In this document: positions 1 to 11,255 of the stretch, piece after piece
Layout: every line of letters starts with the position of its first letter
Numbering within the stretch: the first letter of the stretch is position 1
IMG/VR virus record: IMGVR_UViG_3300017971_000001
Location: 62,001-126,000 of that record
DNA: 64,000 nucleotides
Strand: one strand, 5' to 3'
Notes under the pieces: model-generated
The model's database searches: none
What the model was told of the DNA's origin: nothing
The model's input: only the letters and a program-made list of their open reading frames with translations
Program-made: the position numbers and the translations under genes

Positions 1-564
1 CCTGGACGACTCGACCACGGCGATCAGATCCGTGTTGTTGCACGTCTCCTGCACACACTCGACCGCGACCCCCAGCGACTTGAGGTAGATCTCCAGGCTC
101 GCCCTGTCGTTCGACTTGGGAGCAGCCGAGACGATCTCTCCGGTCGCGACCGGATCCGGCAGGATCGCGGGGAGCACGAAGCGCAAATGGACCCACTGCA
201 ACTTCCCGCTCAGTTCGCTGGCCTCCATGAAGAGGTCGTCTAGCTGAATCCCTTCCTTCCAGGCCTTCTCGTCCTCCCCCTTGTTCCAACCGAGGATCAG
301 GTATCGGCCGCTCTCGTCCATGAGCGCCATGGCCTCCGCCATGGTCCCCGGCCCCTCGACGACCGCGCCTTCGGCCCTCAGTTCCCCAGCGACCCGGATT
401 GCCTCGACGATCGTTGGAGCCTTCTCGCAACGAGGGATCAGATCGACCGGCGCGCGATCAACGGTCGCCTTCGCGTCCTTCAGGTTCATTCCCGTCAGCC
501 TGCGCACGGCCTTGATCACAGCGATCTTACGCAAGCCGGGATTCTTGAGCACCAGAGAGATCAT
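1..564 (-). CDS. Ribosomal protein bL12 (L7/L12) C-terminal-domain-like protein with C-terminal extension; partial, runs off window edge
   Basis: Manual translation from ATG 564: MISLVLKNPGLRKIAVIKAVRRLTGMNLKDAKATVDRAP...ELRAEGAVVE matches the bL12 CTD signature KI.VIK.VR.LTG..LK.AK..V..AP...L...GA.VE. Absent from the ORF track because there is no stop in the window. Confidence 0.8.
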   Translation of the reverse strand, partial: MISLVLKNPGLRKIAVIKAVRRLTGMNLKDAKATVDRAPVDLIPRCEKAPTIVEAIRVAGELRAEGAVVEGPGTMAEAMALMDESGRYLILGWNKGEDEKAWKEGIQLDDLFMEASELSGKLQWVHLRFVLPAILPDPVATGEIVSAAPKSNDRASLEIYLKSLGVAVECVQETCNNTDLIAVVESSR

Positions 565-750
565 GGCTTCACCTCTTGTTGCTGTTCTACGCTCGGGGTC
601 GGACATTCCGGGGACGCCGTCTCCATACCTTTGCAGAGCTTGCAGAAGTGCCAGCGCGAGCCGTCGCCTCGAGGTTCCGACCAGACACTCCATTCGTGCG
701 CGCAGCGTTCGTCGAGTGCCCCAGCGGGCCCACAGCGCTTCTTGCGGCGC

Positions 751-1389
751 TTATTCCTCTTCGGCATTTCGCTCCAATTCCTCTACCCTTTTCTTCATGG
801 ACGCGAACTCTCGGTAGAGATCGGCCGTCTCGTTGCTGATCAGGCCCCGGATCGCCTGCTGAAATGGATTGCCGTAAACCCAGTTGTGAGGACTGGACAT
901 GACCTCCGGGACCAGGGCGGCGAACGCCAGCCAGTTCAGCTGCTTCTGGGTGAAATCCCTGCCGGCCTCGAAGGCGTCACGGCGCTCGTGTCGATACAGA
1001 CCCTGATCCCGTTCAGCCCGAACGGGCTGAATGATCCCAGGGTTTACAAGAGGGGGGTTCACGTCGAACGAATCCAGGTTGTAGGTGACGTAGACCTCCT
1101 TCCCGTTTGCCTGCGCCGCCTGGCCGTCGTGCTCCGTGTACATTCCTTCGAAGGTCTCGTGCGTCCCTCCCCCGAGTTCCGGCTCGGGCAGCACCGATTC
1201 GATCGAATCTCCCTTCGGGCCGCAGACGATCCGCGCTAGGTTCGTCCAGCCAATCGCCTGGCCGACGATCGAGATTGCGTCGGCGCCGTTCGATCGCGAC
1301 CAGGAGCGGACGACGCGCTCGGCGAGCTCAGGGTCCGATCGATCCGCGAGCCACTCGTTAACCGCGTTCAAGAGATCGTCGTCGCTCAA
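751..1389 (-). CDS. Hypothetical protein
   Basis: TTG start overlaps the stop of the upstream peptide gene (TTGA); phage-like codon use. Confidence 0.7.
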   Translation of the reverse strand: MSDDDLLNAVNEWLADRSDPELAERVVRSWSRSNGADAISIVGQAIGWTNLARIVCGPKGDSIESVLPEPELGGGTHETFEGMYTEHDGQAAQANGKEVYVTYNLDSFDVNPPLVNPGIIQPVRAERDQGLYRHERRDAFEAGRDFTQKQLNWLAFAALVPEVMSSPHNWVYGNPFQQAIRGLISNETADLYREFASMKKRVEELERNAEEE

Positions 1390-3508
1390 AACCCCTCCAT
1401 GAGTTCTTCCGTGCGCGTATCCCAAAACAACTGGACCCAGTCGCCCATGTTTCCTTGATTCTTTCGTTGGTAGTCGGCCCAGAGCGTCGCGCTCCCCATG
1501 GTGAAGCTAATGCCAGAGGCGAACGTATAGGACGAAAAGGAGAAGTCGCTGAGCGAAAGGGAGAACCCTTTCCCAAGCCCTGCTGAATATGCAGAAGACA
1601 GCCCCCTGCCGTAGGCCAGAAAGCTGAGCAGGGGCCGGGGGCGAAGCCGGCGCCGTCGCCTCTTCATAGGAAGGCTGATCCCATGCGGTAGTTCAGGCCG
1701 GCACCCACGGGCGCTGATCGCTTCCAACTTTCAGAGCAGTCATAGGGAAAGCGGCCGGGTCTAAGCCTCCAGAACGACATGGAGCGGTTGCCCCCCTTCC
1801 CCCTGACCCGATCCTGACCCCAGCCAAGCGCGAACTGACTCGAGGGCGGGTGGTCACGAAGGTAGGTTCGACGGCGTCGTTTCAAGTCGCCAATCCGAAG
1901 AGTCGAGGCCGGCGAACCTGACTGGAACCCAACGCTTGCTCCAGCCCCCGGCCGAACGATAGCCCCCTGCCGCCTGCACTGCCTCGGGCAAAGTATCCGC
2001 CTTCTCCGCGCCGGCACTTACCCCTGCCAACAGGCCTCCAGATCCCGATCCCGCGTTGGGACCAAAAGAGGCAGCGTGCCTTGCTCTTGCGTCGCTTCAT
2101 TGCCAGAAAGACCTCGGGAAGGTCATGGCCCAACTCGCAGCGCGAAGCTGTCCCCTGCCCTGCCTCGAGAACAGGCCAGCCCCGCTGTGATAGATCGACG
2201 GGGTAGGGTCGAGCTCGGAAGAGCGCGTCCATGCCAGAGATTTTCCTATTCCCTTCCCCCTCATTCTGACCTTGGTGATCCGGCACCTATGCCTTCTCTT
2301 CATGCAGCGAGCCTCTTCGTCCAGGATCCTTCTCGTCCTAGACCAGCGCCCCACTTCATGATCAAGCCGCTGCCGAACCCATACCCCCAGAGAAGCAAGG
2401 AGGACCCACGGCCAAGCGCGGTTGACCTGCGAAGGCCTCGGCCCCGAAGGGAGGCCAGTCTATTTCTTCGGCGCCTGCTCATGGAAACATTCCAATTCCA
2501 AAAGGGATCCGAAATCCGTTGCCGACCGGGCGGCGCTGACCATGGCCGAGTGAAGAACGGCGGCGGCGGGCCAGGCCGCGCCCGAAACCTCGAGACAAGC
2601 CCTGACCCTTTCCTTTGTTGAGTCCTACGACCATTCGGAACCTTCGATCCCTACGCTTCATGCTGACCCATGGGACCGGCCTAGCCCAAAAGAGATCCAG
2701 AGATAGACCCCTGCGCCTACCGAGCACCTAAGTCCAGATCGGATCTCGCTGACGCCAGCGCCGAGCCCAACGTAAAGTCCCCGAGCTCGCTGTCGGTATC
2801 TCGATACGACAACGCTTGGCCTGCGACGACGCCTCACCAGATCCTCCTCCCCGGGCCCGCCAGGGAAATGCCGAGGCCGTAACCGAGGCTTCGCCCGACC
2901 CCTCTGTTCGCCCAAGCTCGAAACCTCCCGCGGCGGCGAGAGACGCCCCTCCCCATTCGGCCCCTAATGGCCGTGGCGTAGCGCCAATGAAGACAGCGGG
3001 GTCGACGCCTCTTCACTTGAACGGCCCTGCGAGCGCGTATCCAGATCCGTAGCCGGCGCCGCGTTTTGACATGATCATAGACCCCACCCCGACCGCCGTT
3101 CTCATTCCTGCTCCACGTCTGCGCCGGCTGCCCCAGCTAAGCTCCCAATGCACGGTATTCCTTCTGCGGCGCTTCACGGAAGCGCGCACCAGAATCTTCG
3201 CAGGCCCGAGCCGAAACTTTCCCACTCTCCCCGGCCTCGGTATCGCCGGAAGCCAGCCCCGAACGTCAAGCTCTGGCCGCTTACCGCGCGAATCCAGATC
3301 GACAGGTGGCGCTTCCGTCGCTTCACGGGTAACAGCCAATCCCGACGCCCTTCAGCGTTCCCTGGCCAGTGTTTCTCCAGGAGCCCGCCCCGAATGAACG
3401 CCTGAAAAGCCAGTGCCTCGTTCGAGACCCTCCGCCGGAAAAACAGGCTGTGCCGACGCCCAGGAGGTCCAAAGCGTAATTGAACGGAGGCCTTCTGCGT
3501 CGCTTCAC
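1386..3508 (-). other. Cluster A: 11 tandem MxRRRR / Gly-rich peptide genes
   Basis: Members (-): 3323-3508, 3174-3326, 3013-3177, 2834-3016, 2658-2837, 2479-2661, 2300-2482, 2097-2303, 1882-2100, 1664-1885, 1386-1667. Each begins (M/V/L)-x-R-rich run, carries GxG motifs and overlaps its neighbour by 4 nt. Confidence 0.85.
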
Positions 3509-3990
3509 AGGCGCCGCTCGAGCAACTTCGTGATCAGGCGCTCGACGCCGAGCTCGAGCCCGAGGCACACCGACTCTCGGTGGCCGGCGACGTTCAGCGT
3601 CCTGACGTCGTGACGCTCGATCAGGAGCTCGATCACGTCCAGCATTCCACCCGTGTGCCCGATCGCGACCAGATCGGGATCGAGGACGCGGACCGGGCGG
3701 CCCTCTTCGCGGCAGAAGCGCAGAGTCAACTTGCAGCCTCCCGAGAGGGGCATGCGCCCGAAGATCACGGTTGCGTCCCCCAGGCGGACGTTCTCTCGCG
3801 TGCGGGGAGGGTAGCCGCGCACGAGAAGTTCGACGAGCTCGGTGAAGCACGCAGGAACCTCGCCGTCCTCCGCGCGGCGGCCCTTGGGCACGAACCCGCC
3901 GTAAGGGGTTCCGAGCTTGAACGCGGCCGCGATCCCGCCGCGGTCGGCTCCGGTCTGCCCGCCGCTAACGATCTTCAGAAATCTCTTCAC
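3505..3990 (-). CDS. SLOG-superfamily / putative molybdenum-carrier-like protein
   Basis: KIVSGGQTGADRGG, PKGRRAEDG, YPPRTRENV..GDATVIF, TLNVAGHRES motifs. Confidence 0.85.
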   Translation of the reverse strand: MKRFLKIVSGGQTGADRGGIAAAFKLGTPYGGFVPKGRRAEDGEVPACFTELVELLVRGYPPRTRENVRLGDATVIFGRMPLSGGCKLTLRFCREEGRPVRVLDPDLVAIGHTGGMLDVIELLIERHDVRTLNVAGHRESVCLGLELGVERLITKLLERRL

Positions 3991-4522
3991 GTTCGTCCCA
4001 GAGGAATCCGTATTTGCGAAGAAGTTTCGGGAGGGCCTTATGTGCCGCTTCGGTCGCCCCCTCGAGCGTGCGGAAGCGGTGCGTTTCGGACCAGCCTTCA
4101 GGGCGACTCGAAGGGAAGTTCTCGTAGTCCCAGTCTCCGTCCTTGCTCAAGGCATGCCTTCCGGTGCGGACTGCCCAGAGGATCGATCCGTCCTCCTGGA
4201 CTGCACGGTCGATCACAATCCGATCGTGATCTCCGAACCGAGCGAGCTCGTACGAAAGCGGCACCGGCTCCGAATGGACGCTCTTGATCATGGACTCAAC
4301 CGTGCCCTCTTCGAAGTCCTTGACGGCGAAGTCGCGCATGGCGCTCTTGTCGGCGTCGTAGGCCCTGAGGAACAACTGCTCTTCCGGGTGCCATTCGGTA
4401 GACCCCGTCCAGAGTTTGATCGGAACGAACCAGCGCCAGTCGGTCTCGCCGCGGTGGTTCGTGTAGCGCCCTTTGTGAAACTGCTTCATGCGGAAGTTGG
4501 GGATCATGTCAGGGCCTTCCAA
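3965..4522 (-). CDS. WYL-like domain phage protein
   Basis: YTNHRGET..R...P..LW.GSTEWHPE.Q..L.A.D..K.A.RDF pattern; start uncertain. Confidence 0.55.
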   Translation of the reverse strand: MEGPDMIPNFRMKQFHKGRYTNHRGETDWRWFVPIKLWTGSTEWHPEEQLFLRAYDADKSAMRDFAVKDFEEGTVESMIKSVHSEPVPLSYELARFGDHDRIVIDRAVQEDGSILWAVRTGRHALSKDGDWDYENFPSSRPEGWSETHRFRTLEGATEAAHKALPKLLRKYGFLWDEREEISEDR

Positions 4523-4555
4523 CGTGAACTCCTTGCTGCTCCATGTCGTTCTTGT

Positions 4556-5089
4556 TCACGCCTTCTCCTTCAGGGCCCTGTCCAGCAGGTGTTCAGGGAC
4601 GTGCCAGCCGTGAGCCCAATGCTCAAGGCAGTTGGCGCAGGTGACCGACTCCCCAACGGTGACCCGGTGGGTCCTCCGCATGATCTTTGAGCTCAGGATC
4701 CACGGAGCCTTCGGGTCGACCACGAGAAAACTACGCATGCAAGAACGCATGGCGTCGACCGTCAAAACCTTTTCGCTGGATTGGTAAGGCTTGCAGATCC
4801 TGAACGCAGCGCGGTGGACGATTCTTCCCTTGGAGCTCTTCGCCGAGACGCCGATCAACGTTCTCGTATTTTGGGGGCGAGCGTCCGGATTGATCAATCC
4901 GTCAATCCTGAGCGGAACGCGCCGAAGGTTGAAGAGGAACTTCTCCTGGTCGGCGAGCTTCTTGGCCTCGGCGGCAGCGTGCCAGCGAGCGTTGAGTTCG
5001 TGCTCCACGGCCCCCTTTAGTCGATCAAGGTCTGCCTGAGAGAACGCGCTCAGGTGGCCAATGAACCGCGTGAGGTTGTAGTCCGTCAC
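4556..5089 (-). CDS. Hypothetical protein with C-terminal CxxC
   Basis: GTG start coupled to the DHFR stop. Confidence 0.6.
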   Translation of the reverse strand: MTDYNLTRFIGHLSAFSQADLDRLKGAVEHELNARWHAAAEAKKLADQEKFLFNLRRVPLRIDGLINPDARPQNTRTLIGVSAKSSKGRIVHRAAFRICKPYQSSEKVLTVDAMRSCMRSFLVVDPKAPWILSSKIMRRTHRVTVGESVTCANCLEHWAHGWHVPEHLLDRALKEKA

Positions 5090-5595
5090 TTGGAGCGCAC
5101 CCAGACCTCGAATTCCATATCGTGGTCGTCGTGCTTGCCGGCCGGCTCGCTCTTCCAAACCGTCCTGAACCAGTCGTCGTCGAGGAGTTCGCTGGGGAAG
5201 AAGGAGCCTCCGCCTTCGACCTCGGTCTTCACGACCGTGCGCAGAACCTTCGTCGCATGAGGAAAGGCAGCGCGGTAGATCTGCTCACCGCCGCAGACGA
5301 AGACCTTGCCGTCGCCGAGGACTTCCGCCAGGTCCAGCGCGCTGAGGATATCGGTCGAGACCATGACGCCCTCAGGGACCGGGTATTCGGCCCTGCGCGT
5401 CATGACGATCGTCTCCCGCCCCGGAAGCGGACGCGAGCCGATCGACTCCCAGGTCTTGCGCCCCATGATCAGCGGGCACCCAGCGGTCTTGCGCTTGAAG
5501 TACTTCAGATCGGAGCGCTGGTGCCACGGCATTTTTCCGCCCTTGCCGATCACGTCGTTCAAGGAGGCCGCGACGATCAGAATGACTTCAGACAT
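5086..5595 (-). CDS. folA: Dihydrofolate reductase
   Basis: LIVAASLNDVIGKGGKMPWH..SDLKYFK..T...LIMGRKTWESIG.RPLPGR..IV.TR and FVCGGEQIY motifs. Confidence 0.97.
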   Translation of the reverse strand: MSEVILIVAASLNDVIGKGGKMPWHQRSDLKYFKRKTAGCPLIMGRKTWESIGSRPLPGRETIVMTRRAEYPVPEGVMVSTDILSALDLAEVLGDGKVFVCGGEQIYRAAFPHATKVLRTVVKTEVEGGGSFFPSELLDDDWFRTVWKSEPAGKHDDHDMEFEVWVRSK

Positions 5596-5836
5596 TGGGG
5601 TCCGCCTTCGGAACGAACGTGGGGCCGCGGTAGCCGCAGGTGCAATTCGGCCAGGGGTTATGCCCGCAGCGAGCCTGCTTGCGGAGCGTCTTGTTCTCGG
5701 CTTCGAGCTTCGAGATCCGTTCGCGCAGCGCTTCGATCAGCTGCGGAGCGTGGATCGTCGGCCGCTTGTCGCCGCGGGGCGCCTTCTCGCGAAAGTAGCC
5801 GCAGCCGGCGTATTCGCTGTTGTCGAGATCGATCAC
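5588..5836 (-). CDS. Hypothetical protein
   Basis: Coupled ORF in minus-strand chain. Confidence 0.6.
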   Translation of the reverse strand: MIDLDNSEYAGCGYFREKAPRGDKRPTIHAPQLIEALRERISKLEAENKTLRKQARCGHNPWPNCTCGYRGPTFVPKADPNV

Positions 5837-6225
5837 TCGCCGATCAACTCCAAGACCTCGACCGCGGCGACGTGGTGCTGCGTCGTCGTCGCCCAGGACC
5901 TGAGCGTGGACTTGAGCGCTCCCTCCTTCGCCTTGAGCGCCGCTTCGAAATCTCTGGCCGCTCGATCGAGTTCGGGCTGCACGAACTTCTTGAACGCCTC
6001 GTCGATCAGAGGGGCAGAGATCTCCTTGACGAACTCCTTATCGTTCAGCTGGAGGATCACCTCGAACGCGAAGAAGGCGAGCTCAGGGTCGATCGCGCGC
6101 TGGGTGCCCCCCCAGATCAAGTCCCGCTCGCGGCGGATCCGCTCGTAGATCTCGCCGTCCTCTCTGCCTTGAAGGATCTCCAGGAAGCCCTTGTCCTTCT
6201 CCTCGCCTTCCTTCTCTTCACTCAC
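5833..6225 (-). CDS. Hypothetical protein
   Basis: Coupled ORF, high GC3. Confidence 0.7.
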   Translation of the reverse strand: MSEEKEGEEKDKGFLEILQGREDGEIYERIRRERDLIWGGTQRAIDPELAFFAFEVILQLNDKEFVKEISAPLIDEAFKKFVQPELDRAARDFEAALKAKEGALKSTLRSWATTTQHHVAAVEVLELIGE

Positions 6226-6649
6226 CCAGGATCTCCTTTAACTGCTTCAGCGCTTCCTCGCAGCGCTCGCGCGCCGGAACGTCGTTGATCAGGCGCGCGT
6301 GGCTCGCGCACCTCTCCATGATTTTCACGCAGCGCTGGCGCTGGCGCTTGCTCGTTCGCTTGATCAGCCAGGCGTTCTCAGCGTTGGCAGCCAGGCAATG
6401 GATCAGCCAGTTGATCGCGTTGCGCAACTGGACGTATTCGTTCTGCTCACAGATCTCCTCGAGCAGCGTCTTGCGCTTGGTCTTGTCGTCCTCGAGCAGC
6501 CTGACCTTCTCGATCAAGTCGTTCCGCTCGTCGAGCATGTGCAGAATCAAGCCCGCGCTGACGCTCAGGTGGCAGGCCCGATCCTCGCCGGCGTCGTTCG
6601 CTTCTTTCCGGAGCTCGGACAGACGCTTCATGTATGCGTCGCTGATCAC
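6218..6649 (-). CDS. Hypothetical coiled-coil protein
   Basis: Coupled ORF, high GC3. Confidence 0.7.
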   Translation of the reverse strand: MISDAYMKRLSELRKEANDAGEDRACHLSVSAGLILHMLDERNDLIEKVRLLEDDKTKRKTLLEEICEQNEYVQLRNAINWLIHCLAANAENAWLIKRTSKRQRQRCVKIMERCASHARLINDVPARERCEEALKQLKEILGE

Positions 6650-6867
6650 TCGCCCTCCACCGTCACGAAGACTCCGTAGGTCGGGTCATTGAACACCTGG
6701 CCGAGCCGGCGGTCGTCGTCCTCGGCCCAGGCGTAGATCTGGTAGCGACGGCGCACGATCTCTTCGCGCTGCTCGTCGCTCAGGAGCTTGGCCCAGTAGT
6801 CAGCCTTCGACTCCTGCTCGAGGGCGGCGCGGAGTTCGGAAGCCGAGTCGTATGCCTGGACGTTCAT
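6646..6867 (-). CDS. Hypothetical protein
   Basis: ATG (MNVQAY) preceded by GAGGGAGG SD. Confidence 0.65.
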   Translation of the reverse strand: MNVQAYDSASELRAALEQESKADYWAKLLSDEQREEIVRRRYQIYAWAEDDDRRLGQVFNDPTYGVFVTVEGE

Positions 6868-6899
6868 GCCTCCCTCTTCGCTCTCAAAGCGCATGAACT

Positions 6900-9800
6900 T
6901 CAACGAACACCTCTGACGCACAAGAACCCTCGATCCGTTCCACGTCCGTGCGTCCTGATTTGCCCTCTGCCGAGGAATCTGGCAGGAATGAATCCGCAGG
7001 AAATGGAGCGCGCTAGACCACGAGACGTTCGCTGACCTCTGAATCCAGAGCTCGCGAACAAGCGGAAGCGTCGGCGGTGCCTGATCACGCGACAACCATA
7101 TCGAATGTCTCGGACATGTTCACGGAAAACATTGGTTCAACACGATTCCGCGAGACCCGACGATTCCGCGAGACCCGGCGACGCCGTTTCCGATCGAGCG
7201 ACTGAAACCGCACCCCTGACTGGCCCGTATGCTGAATTTCCTGAGAAGGGGATTCAAAGCGGACCCCTGCCCGGCTCCGACATAACGTCTAAGTCCATGC
7301 GATCGGCCCCGCTGTGTCCCAGGGGTCACTTGGACGTGAAACATGAAGTTGATACTCCGCTTCCTGCGATTCAGCGCAACTCCCTCACCGTCTTGCTCTG
7401 TCGGCCCTGAGTCCCCGCCCGCGGTTCCGCTGGAAACCGCAGCCATGGCGGGCCGTTCGATACAGCCTCCGGACCGGGTTTCCTGGTATTCCAAAGTCGT
7501 TCGTCGACCCCGATCCGATCGAGCAGCCCAGGCCCCTGGCGCGAACTCTTAGCCGCCTGGGCAGAGGCCCTCTCGTCATGCTTCTACAGCGCCTTCTTCT
7601 CACACCCACGAGGAGCACGTCCAACCTGAGGACCGAAGGAGGCCGAGTCCGTAAACTCGATTCTGAGCCCTGCCGAACATGGTGATCTCGATTGGCCAGC
7701 GACCCGTCAGGTCCGCATTCCCGACCGACCGGAGCAATCCGCGACCGCGAGTCCACTTCCTCAGGCGCCTCCTCCTCAAAACGGATCGAGTCCTAAGCCC
7801 CAGCTGAAGAAGTCGCCTCGGCCCTCAGGGCTTCTCATTCCGCTTCCTTGCGATCGGTGAAGGCCGAACGACCCGCCGAGCCTCAGTCCATACCCCATGA
7901 GCGCGGGGGTCAAGTTGGTCCGCAGGCGCCTGGATCGACTCATGTTCGTCCTGACCAGAGGCCAACATTTCTGAACAGGCCCGATCCAAACGACGCCGTC
8001 TGACCCGTCCCCAGAGATCGGTTGAAGAGGAATGTGTATCCAGGCGTTGGGCAGCCCCAGCCGTGACCTAGCTTCAGCCCGAACCCGAAAAAGTCATAGC
8101 GCGCCGCTCCGCGACACCTCCTACGATTCATTGAACAGGCCTCGAAAGCGGTGAGATCCAAAGCCCGAGACTCGACCCAGCCCGAGGCCGGCGGCGATTC
8201 GGACCAGAGTCCCGCCCCAGTTGGAGTAGGTGAAGCCCCATTCGCAGTGCGTGCCGGCGCCGAGGTTTCCCAGGCGTGCCGCGCCCTTATTTCTTCTCCG
8301 GCGCTTCATTCTGATCCCTGGCCGCACCCGAGGTCGTGATCAAGTCCAATTCCGGAGTGAAAGCCGACTGCCCGCGAGGGGACCTCCATGCACCCAGACC
8401 CGAATCCCCAGGCTCTATCTCGTCCGTAGCCCATGGCGCAGTCGCGTCCGATACCTCCGGGCGACAGTGAGAACCGCGCCCGTCGTCGGCGATTCCTCAT
8501 TGACCGCGCACCCCTCGCCCATAGTCGCAAAGCAGTCCGAGCCCGTAGAACGTTACCGTCGCCGCGACGCCCGGCGAGAGGGGAAGGCCTTCACCGAAGG
8601 CGACGCGAAGCCCAGTGGCTGCGTGGCGCCTCTGGCCGCGGCCTCTAATTGGCCCCCTGCAGACCACGACTTTTCGCCGGAGCCGCCGCGTCAACTTTCG
8701 ATCCCCTCGCCGCGGTAGAAAGCCAGTCCGTATCCCCACCACACTTTCTTGGTGCCCCTTGAGACACTTCCTCCCCCGACCGCAATTCTGAAGGGCCCTT
8801 TGATCCCGCCGACTCCCCAGCACTTCCAGGACCCATACCCGCAACGCATTCCATGAATGGAGAATAGATCGTCGGTCTTGGTGAAGAGGCCGCCCTGCGC
8901 TCGCCGTCGTCTTTTCATGGAACAGGAATCTCGAAAGTTAGAGTGATCACGCGCGGAGGCGCGATCCCGTTCGCAATCAGGGTCATGGTCGTCGTGCAGC
9001 GCGCGTTCCCCTGGCCGTTGCCTGCGAAGTATCGCAGTCCGCTCGAACCAGGAGCGAACACAGGGAACTTGCTGAAGCCTAGGCCGACTCTGCGGAGCTC
9101 GAGCCCGAGCGCTCGGAAGTGCCAGCCGGAGTGAATGCGGCGTCGTCTGCGGTTCATGGGAGAACGTAGTCTCCGAATCCGTAGTAGCGCGTCGTCTTCC
9201 AGTCAATCAGGGACCCCTTCTCGGACAAGGCGTCCGCGACCGCTGCGGGGGAAGGGTCGCTCGGAACGTAAAAAGTGACGAGCGGGGACTCCGCAGCCGG
9301 CCTCGCAGTCAACTCCCGTTCCTTCAGACTCGCCCTGGCCCGATCCGTCGAAGCTCCTGAGGCCCAGGCCTATGTTTTCCCATAGCCCGTAGCCAGAGGT
9401 CGAATAGGTTGCGTCGAGCCGAACTCGCCGTCGCCTCACCATGAGGAATCGCTCACGATCGCCATGCGGAGGTCAACGACACAGCGCTGAAGCCCGCAGC
9501 CCATAGAGAAAGCCCGAGAGGAACCAACAGCCCGCTCGGTGGACCTGCCCAAGAACCCGAGGCAGGTGTATTCCGCGTTCGACAGACCGCGGCCTAGTCC
9601 TTTGCCAATCCCAATGGACCAGCGCCTTTGGACCGCAGCAGCAATTCTGGATCTTCTCTTCATATCGACCAACACGTTTCGCGCATAAGGCCCCGCCCGA
9701 TCATGGACTCGCAGCCCGAGCTCAACTCGTCGGGGAAAAAGCAGGCGCGTCCGAACGTCAACCCAAATAGACTCCCTCCCGACCCGAAGGAGCTTCGCTG

Positions 9801-10439
9801 GCCCGTGGCCGGCTCGAGCTTCCCGCCGCGGTAGTAGAAGAACGTGACCCGGCGCCTCTTGCGGCTCACCATGCCCTCGACCGGCTGACGCCGACACCGG
9901 ACGATCTCATGGCCCCGCTGCCGATACATGACCTCATGAACAGACCATGAATTCGAAGTCCATGGCCATACGACGCCCTCAAGCCTCCGCCCGACGACTT
10001 TATGTGAATGAGGTGTCGCTTTCGACGAATCATGGAATTTTGAGCCTGACCCTTCCTAGTCCGCAGTAGAGACCGGTGGCAATGCTGCGACCCAGGGCAA
10101 CGCCTGCTCGATTGGAAACAAAGAAAAAGGGGGTTCGTGTAACCCCTCTCCCAAAGACTCGGCTGCAGCCAAACCCAGACCCAAACCCAGACCCGCGGAG
10201 CCCGAGCGCGCCGCCCTTGTATCTTCGACGCCTCATACCGGAGTCCTCAGAGCCATGCCACTGCTCGACCTCCAGGCGCCGTGGCCAACCCTGGCACCGC
10301 AGCCGACTCCAGTGTGCGCGCAGCCCGAGAACCTCTTCAGGCCACGGCCGTTCAGGCCTCTGCCCCGGAGGCAATTGAGCCCCCAGCTGACGTTGAGCGC
10401 AGCGCGCGCCTCAATTCGGCTCCTCCTCCTGCGCCTCAC
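6900..10439 (-). other. Cluster B: 17 tandem MxRRRR / Gly-rich peptide genes
   Basis: Members (-): 10233-10439, 10030-10236, 9866-10033, 9660-9872, 9436-9663, 9203-9442, 8915-9157, 8691-8918, 8497-8694, 8306-8500, 8121-8309, 7940-8131, 7776-7943, 7600-7779, 7385-7603, 7120-7374 (CTG start?), 6900-7088. Confidence 0.85.
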
Positions 10440-10444
10440 CTACC

Positions 10445-10639
10445 TCAGCGCTCCCAGCCGCTCCAGTCGCTCAGCGCCGCCTCGGCCGAGCACTCGCGGA
10501 TCCCGTCCTGGCGGCCCTGGTGGTGACCAGCACTCCAGGCGTCGTGGTAGGCCTCCACCAGGAGCTCCTTGTCTTCGATCTTTTCCCAGAGCTTGCACCA
10601 CGCCGGGTTGCTCTGGGCGACCTTCTCTACGTCCCTCAC
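10445..10639 (-). CDS. Hypothetical protein
   Basis: Coupled GTG start. Confidence 0.6.
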   Translation of the reverse strand: MRDVEKVAQSNPAWCKLWEKIEDKELLVEAYHDAWSAGHHQGRQDGIRECSAEAALSDWSGWER

Positions 10640-10848
10640 GTAACCTTCTCCTTGAAGTCCCTGACCGCTCCCCTCAGGGCGCTGAGTTCCCGCAGGGCGA
10701 GGTAGAGGTCCGACACGAAGTCGCGCTTGATCGCCTCCTCTTCCCAACGAGCCACGCGATCGTCCCAGTTCGACAGTCGCTCCCCGCTCAGCTTGACCAG
10801 GTATTCGAGCTCGGCGTCGTTGATCTTTCTTAGCTTGTGGTTACCCAC
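10636..10848 (-). CDS. Hypothetical protein
   Basis: Coupled ORF. Confidence 0.65.
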   Translation of the reverse strand: MGNHKLRKINDAELEYLVKLSGERLSNWDDRVARWEEEAIKRDFVSDLYLALRELSALRGAVRDFKEKVT

Positions 10849-11017
10849 GCGGCCTCCAGAACTGAGGAGTGTAGTAGACGTAGTGCCCTTCGACGCAGAT
10901 CCAGAGCTTGCCGTTGAGCTCGCCGTCCACTTCGACGGCGTTCGGGCTCAGCCACGTCACCTTCTGTCCCTGCTCGGGCGCACGGGCGCTCGTCGCAATC
11001 CAACTACTCTTCGTCAT
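10841..11017 (-). CDS. Hypothetical protein
   Basis: Coupled ORF (MTKSSW...). Confidence 0.55.
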   Translation of the reverse strand: MTKSSWIATSARAPEQGQKVTWLSPNAVEVDGELNGKLWICVEGHYVYYTPQFWRPRG

Positions 11018-11252
11018 GCCTCTCCTTGCCAATCTCCCACTGGCAGTCGTCGCAGATTCTGCGGCGCTTCCCGTCGTAGGTCATTCGGCGCGAGCAGTAT
11101 CGATCCGTGCAGACTGGATCCCCGCAACGGTAGCAGGTCGCTCTCGTCGATCCAGTCCCTTCGCCGATCGCACCGCCGAGGCCTCCGACTTGGATCCCAG
11201 CGGGGGCCTTGCACCCTCCGTTGCTGATCTTGCAGGAGCGGCGCTCCGTCAT
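11004..11252 (-). CDS. Cys-rich putative zinc-finger protein
   Basis: CYRC..PVC...C...ICDDC. Confidence 0.65.
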   Translation of the reverse strand: MTERRSCKISNGGCKAPAGIQVGGLGGAIGEGTGSTRATCYRCGDPVCTDRYCSRRMTYDGKRRRICDDCQWEIGKERHDEE

Positions 11253-11255
11253 GCC

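Noticed and set aside
1386-3508. Peptide clusters as nucleotide repeat-spacer arrays (CRISPR, TIGR or similar)
   Set aside because: No identical nucleotide repeat or fixed period; conservation is synonymous at the codon level
7141-7182. 18-nt tandem duplication
   Set aside because: In-frame local duplication (GSRGIV twice) inside a peptide gene; no independent function evident
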